A DNA stretch of 26,625 nt from a virus (taxonomy: Duplodnaviria; Caudoviricetes). The DNA lies in IMG/VR virus record IMGVR_UViG_3300035670_001093, positions 1 through 26,625 of that record. The stretch is one strand, 5' to 3'. Positions 23,302 through 26,625 of this stretch are shown here, piece after piece. The translations under genes were made by a program, and so were the position numbers. Position 1 is the first letter of the stretch. Each line of letters begins with the position of its first letter. The notes below the pieces were generated by a model, which saw nothing but the letters and a program-made list of their open reading frames with translations, was not told the origin of the DNA and searched no databases.

Positions 23302-25716
23302 ATGGCCTCTGGGACAATCGACCCCGGCGTAATTGCGCGGGCAAAGGACAGTCTTGTCGACACGATCGGCAGGTTCGTCGAGATCAAGAAACGCGGGAAC
23401 GAATACGTCGCCTGCTGCCCGTTCCACCAGGAGCGCAGCCCGTCGTTCACCGTCAACCCCGACAAGGGGTTCTACTACTGCTTCGGGTGCGGGGCGACCG
23501 GCGATGCCGTCGACTTCGTCATGCACCACCAGGGCCTTGGGTTCCGAGAGGCCGTCGAGCTGATCGTCGGCAACCTGCCGGCCGGGCCCGCGCCGGAGCG
23601 TTCGTCGCCGCGGCCGCGCGCGCCGGAGCGCCAGGTCATCACGCCGGCGCCGACCCCGTGCCCGTCGTTTTTCCACCCCGCCTACGGCGAGCCGGTCCAC
23701 GTCTGGGCCTACTCCGACCTGCAGGACCGCCTGCTCGGCTACGTCGCCCGGTACGAGCCGGCCGGCGAGCGCAAGCAGATCGTGCCGTGGACGTTCGGCG
23801 GGCAGCCTGACCAGCGTCCGACGTGGGGCATGGGCCAGTTCACCGACCCTCGCCCGCTGTACGGGCTCAACACGCTGCCGGGCGCGAAGGCCGTCCTGCT
23901 GGTCGAGGGCGAGAAGGCCGCCGATGCGGCGCGCGCGTTTGCCGGCGGGGTCTACGCGGTCATGACGTGGCCGGGCGGCTCGCAGGCCTGGCGCAAGGTC
24001 GACTGGTCGCCGCTGCATGGGCAGCGCATCCTGCTGTGGCCTGACGCCGACGAGCCGGGCCTCGAGTGCATGCGCGCCATCGGGCGCCAGCTCCTGCCGC
24101 ACTGCCCGGAGGTCAAGATCATCGACCCGCAGGGGCAGCCGAAGGGCTGGGACGCCGCCGACAGCGGGTTCGACTGGCAGGCGTTCCTCGCTTGGGCGAA
24201 GCCTCGAGTATCGCTGCTGCCGGCCGACGAGCCGCCAGACGATCCGGCCCCGCCTTCGCCGCCACCGCCGCCGGCAACCCCGCCGCCGCGCGCGCGCCCC
24301 GCTCTGGTCGTGGTCGGTAACACCGCAGCCGCAGCCGCGCCAGTGGCAGAGTGCGACGTCATCCCCGAGAAGTTCAGCGAGGACAATGCGGCGCTCGCGT
24401 TCAGCAAGCGGCACGCCGAGGAGCTGCGCTATGTCGCAGGCTGGGGCAGGTGGATGAAGTGGGACGGGGCCCGCTGGACCAACGAGGACACGCTCGAGGT
24501 GTTTGACCTAGCCCGTGTCGTGTGCCGTGAATTCGCCCGCGACGCGCGCACGGATGGCTCTCTGTCCGATTCCCAGCGGTCCAGGGTGGCAACGGTCTAC
24601 GGCAAGAGCCAGACCGTCACCTCCGTGGAAAAACTGGCTAAGGCCGACCGCCGGCACGCCGCCACGACGCGCCAGTGGGATTCCGACCCGTGGCTGCTGA
24701 ACACCCCGGCCGGCGTTGTCGACCTGCGTGACGGCACGCTCCACCCGCAGCGGCGCGACGCCTACATGACCAAGATCACCAGCGTCGCGCCCGGTGGCGA
24801 CTGCCCGACGTGGCGCAAGTTCCTCGACGTGGCAACGCACGGGGATACCGAGCTGCAGGTGTTTATGCAGCAGCTCGCCGGGTACTCCCTGACCGGCATC
24901 ACGCGCGAGCAGATACTGGCATTCGTTTACGGCCCCGGCGGCAACGGCAAAGGCACGTTCATCAACACGTTGCAGTGGGTGATGGGCGACTACGCCACAA
25001 CGGCCGCGATGGACCTGTTCACGGAGCGCAAGCACGAGGGCCACCCGACCGAGCTTGCCGGCCTGATGGGAGCCCGGCTGGTCACTGCCCAGGAGACCGA
25101 GGAGGGCAAGCGGTGGGCAGAGGCGCGCATCAAGGCAATGACCGGCGGCGACCCGATCAAGGCCAGGTTCATGCGGCAGGACGAGTTCGAGTTCATCCCG
25201 CAGTTCAAGCTGCTGATCGCCGGCAATCACAAGCCCGGTCTGCGGAACGTCGACGAGGCTATCCGCCGGAGGCTGCGCCTGATCCCGTTCGATGTCATGA
25301 TCCCGGCCGAGAAACGCGACCAGCACCTTGCTGAGAAGCTTCGCGGAGAAGGGCCCGGCATCCTGCAGTGGGCTATCGACGGATGCCTCGACTGGCAGGC
25401 GAGAGGGCTGCTGACGCCGGCCCGCGTGCTGGCCGCGACCGAGGACTACCTCGAGCAGCAGGACAGCTTTGGCCTGTGGCTTGAGGAGTGTACGGTTCGC
25501 ATCCCGGGAGCGACTAAACGCAGCTCGCTTTACGAGTCTTTCAAGGCATGGGCAGACCGATCCGGGGAGTACCAGCTGCCGCAAAAGCGGTGGGTGGCTG
25601 CGCTTGAGCAGCGCGGATTTAGCACCATGACGCGCAAGGGCTACCCTGTCGTCGAGGGAGTCGGGCTGAAGGAGGTCCAAAATGCTCCTTACTGGCCCGA
25701 CGAACGTGATTACTGA
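23302..25716 (+). CDS. Primase-helicase: CHC2 zinc finger, TOPRIM-like primase, Pro-rich linker, D5_N and SF3 (P4 alpha/D5-like) helicase
   Basis: CPFHQERSPSF..CFGCGATGD; LLVEGEKAAD; WPDAD; LLNTPAGVVDL; GPGGNGKGT; RFMRQDEFEF; GAGG RBS before ATG 23302. Confidence 0.93.
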   Translation: MASGTIDPGVIARAKDSLVDTIGRFVEIKKRGNEYVACCPFHQERSPSFTVNPDKGFYYCFGCGATGDAVDFVMHHQGLGFREAVELIVGNLPAGPAPERSSPRPRAPERQVITPAPTPCPSFFHPAYGEPVHVWAYSDLQDRLLGYVARYEPAGERKQIVPWTFGGQPDQRPTWGMGQFTDPRPLYGLNTLPGAKAVLLVEGEKAADAARAFAGGVYAVMTWPGGSQAWRKVDWSPLHGQRILLWPDADEPGLECMRAIGRQLLPHCPEVKIIDPQGQPKGWDAADSGFDWQAFLAWAKPRVSLLPADEPPDDPAPPSPPPPPATPPPRARPALVVVGNTAAAAAPVAECDVIPEKFSEDNAALAFSKRHAEELRYVAGWGRWMKWDGARWTNEDTLEVFDLARVVCREFARDARTDGSLSDSQRSRVATVYGKSQTVTSVEKLAKADRRHAATTRQWDSDPWLLNTPAGVVDLRDGTLHPQRRDAYMTKITSVAPGGDCPTWRKFLDVATHGDTELQVFMQQLAGYSLTGITREQILAFVYGPGGNGKGTFINTLQWVMGDYATTAAMDLFTERKHEGHPTELAGLMGARLVTAQETEEGKRWAEARIKAMTGGDPIKARFMRQDEFEFIPQFKLLIAGNHKPGLRNVDEAIRRRLRLIPFDVMIPAEKRDQHLAEKLRGEGPGILQWAIDGCLDWQARGLLTPARVLAATEDYLEQQDSFGLWLEECTVRIPGATKRSSLYESFKAWADRSGEYQLPQKRWVAALEQRGFSTMTRKGYPVVEGVGLKEVQNAPYWPDERDY

Positions 25717-25718
25717 AA

Positions 25719-25835
25719 AATCAACAACTTGCAAAAATGGGGTGAGTCTGGGTGATGGATTTCCGTTTATACCGTATACGTGCGCGCGTACGCGGATAAC
25801 AGGGGAATGGGAAAACACTCACCTTGCCTCACCCC
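25719..25835. other. Putative replication origin: IHF consensus, inverted GGTGA iterons, central alternating purine-pyrimidine tract
   Basis: AATCAACAACTTG; GGGGTGAG/GGGTGA...CTCACC/CTCACCCC; 22-nt RY tract 25773-25794; immediately downstream of primase-helicase. Confidence 0.55.
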
Positions 25836-25853
25836 GCTAACCGAGACCGAGCC

Positions 25854-26084
25854 ATGACTACCGACTGCCCGCACTGCAAAACCAACGCCGCGATCTACGA
25901 CCTGAACCGCCTGTGCTGCGCCGCCAGGTTCCTCGCCTCTCTGCCCACCCGCGCGTCCATGGCGCGCACCGCCGAGGCGTTCCAGCGCCGCCACGGGCAC
26001 ACCCTCGAGGACCTGCGCCGCGAGGTCGTCCGCATCCAGCGCGAGCAGGCCGAGGCAGCCCTCGCTGCCCACGTCCCGCGTTGA
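25854..26084 (+). CDS. Small Cys-containing hypothetical protein (76 aa)
   Basis: CPHC...CCAARFL. Confidence 0.6.
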   Translation: MTTDCPHCKTNAAIYDLNRLCCAARFLASLPTRASMARTAEAFQRRHGHTLEDLRREVVRIQREQAEAALAAHVPR

Positions 26085-26116
26085 CCTGAACGCACCGACG
26101 GGGGCAGAATCGCACC
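26081..26116 (+). promoter_or_regulatory. Putative promoter TTGACC-N18-CAGAAT with two CGCACC operator half-sites
   Basis: CGCACC at 26091 and 26111; -10 ends 6 nt before terS ATG. Confidence 0.45.
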
Positions 26117-26536
26117 ATGACCGGCAGGCCGAGTGACTACACGCCAGAGATCGCAGACACGATCTGCGAACGGGTCGTCATGCGCCCGCTGCACCAGGTC
26201 GCCAAAGACGACGACATGCCGTCCGAGACCGCGATCTACTCGTGGCTGGGTAAACACCCTGACTTCGCAACGAAGTACGCGCGCGCGAAGGAGATCCGTG
26301 CTCACCGTCGCGCCGAGCAGGTCGACCAGATCATGGAGGACCTGAAGGCGGGGCGCGTCGACCACCAGCAGGCCCGCGTCATGCTCGACGCGATCAAGTG
26401 GCAGACCGGCAAGGAGGCGCCTCGCGTGTTCGGCGACAAGGTCCAGCACGAGGGCACCGGCGCCGGCGGCGCGATCCTGATTCAGGCCGTGACCAACGTG
26501 CCGCAGGCCGATGACGGCGACAGTCCAGCAGGTTGA
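26117..26536 (+). CDS. terS: Terminase small subunit
   Basis: GRPSDYTPEIADTICERV...MPSETAIYSWL...IKWQTGKEAPRVFGDK. Confidence 0.88.
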   Translation: MTGRPSDYTPEIADTICERVVMRPLHQVAKDDDMPSETAIYSWLGKHPDFATKYARAKEIRAHRRAEQVDQIMEDLKAGRVDHQQARVMLDAIKWQTGKEAPRVFGDKVQHEGTGAGGAILIQAVTNVPQADDGDSPAG

Positions 26537-26625
26537 CCTCGGGTTCCGGCCTCGCCAGTGGCAGGCCGAGTGCTTCCGCAGGCTGCGCCGGTTCTCGGTG
26601 CTGGTGATCCACCGCCGGGCCGGCA
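26511..26625 (+). CDS. terL: Terminase large subunit, N-terminal fragment (3'-truncated; not in ORF track)
   Basis: MTATVQQVDLGFRPRQWQAECFRRLRRFSVLVIHRRAG, leading into an HRRAGK-type Walker A; overlaps terS end. Confidence 0.85.
   Translation, partial: MTATVQQVDLGFRPRQWQAECFRRLRRFSVLVIHRRAG

Noticed and set aside
24226-24300. CCG-rich tract as a repeat element
   Set aside because: Encodes the Pro-rich linker between primase and helicase domains

Overview
GC-rich segment of a tailed dsDNA phage (podovirus-like, probably infecting a proteobacterium). It runs from the end of the virion operon through the whole non-structural region to the start of the packaging genes. Rightward first: a 5'-truncated giant polyvalent/ejection protein, tailspike, TIGR02594 endolysin, holin-like genes and two more fibre/virion genes. 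These converge on a ~200 bp gap with a leftward operon (small genes, VRR-NUC, HNH, SF2 helicase, HNH, C5 DNA methyltransferase, Cro-like). A CI-like repressor then starts the rightward block of YqaJ exonuclease, RecT, Xis/AlpA-like, DUF6378-like, primase-helicase, putative origin, TerS and the start of TerL. The main observations: (1) there is a repressor/Cro/Xis-like set but no integrase, and a dif-like XerC half-site sits where att/int would be expected, suggesting possible XerCD hijacking; (2) a 17-bp palindrome GGTGCG-N5-CGCACC overlaps several dispersed sigma70-like promoters; (3) one of those promoters predicts a ~75-nt antisense RNA complementary to the translation starts of genes behind other operator-bearing promoters; (4) the methyltransferase is split over two almost fully overlapping reading frames; (5) an HNH gene appears to have captured and replaced the helicase N-terminus. 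All calls come from reading motifs by eye; no database searches were run.
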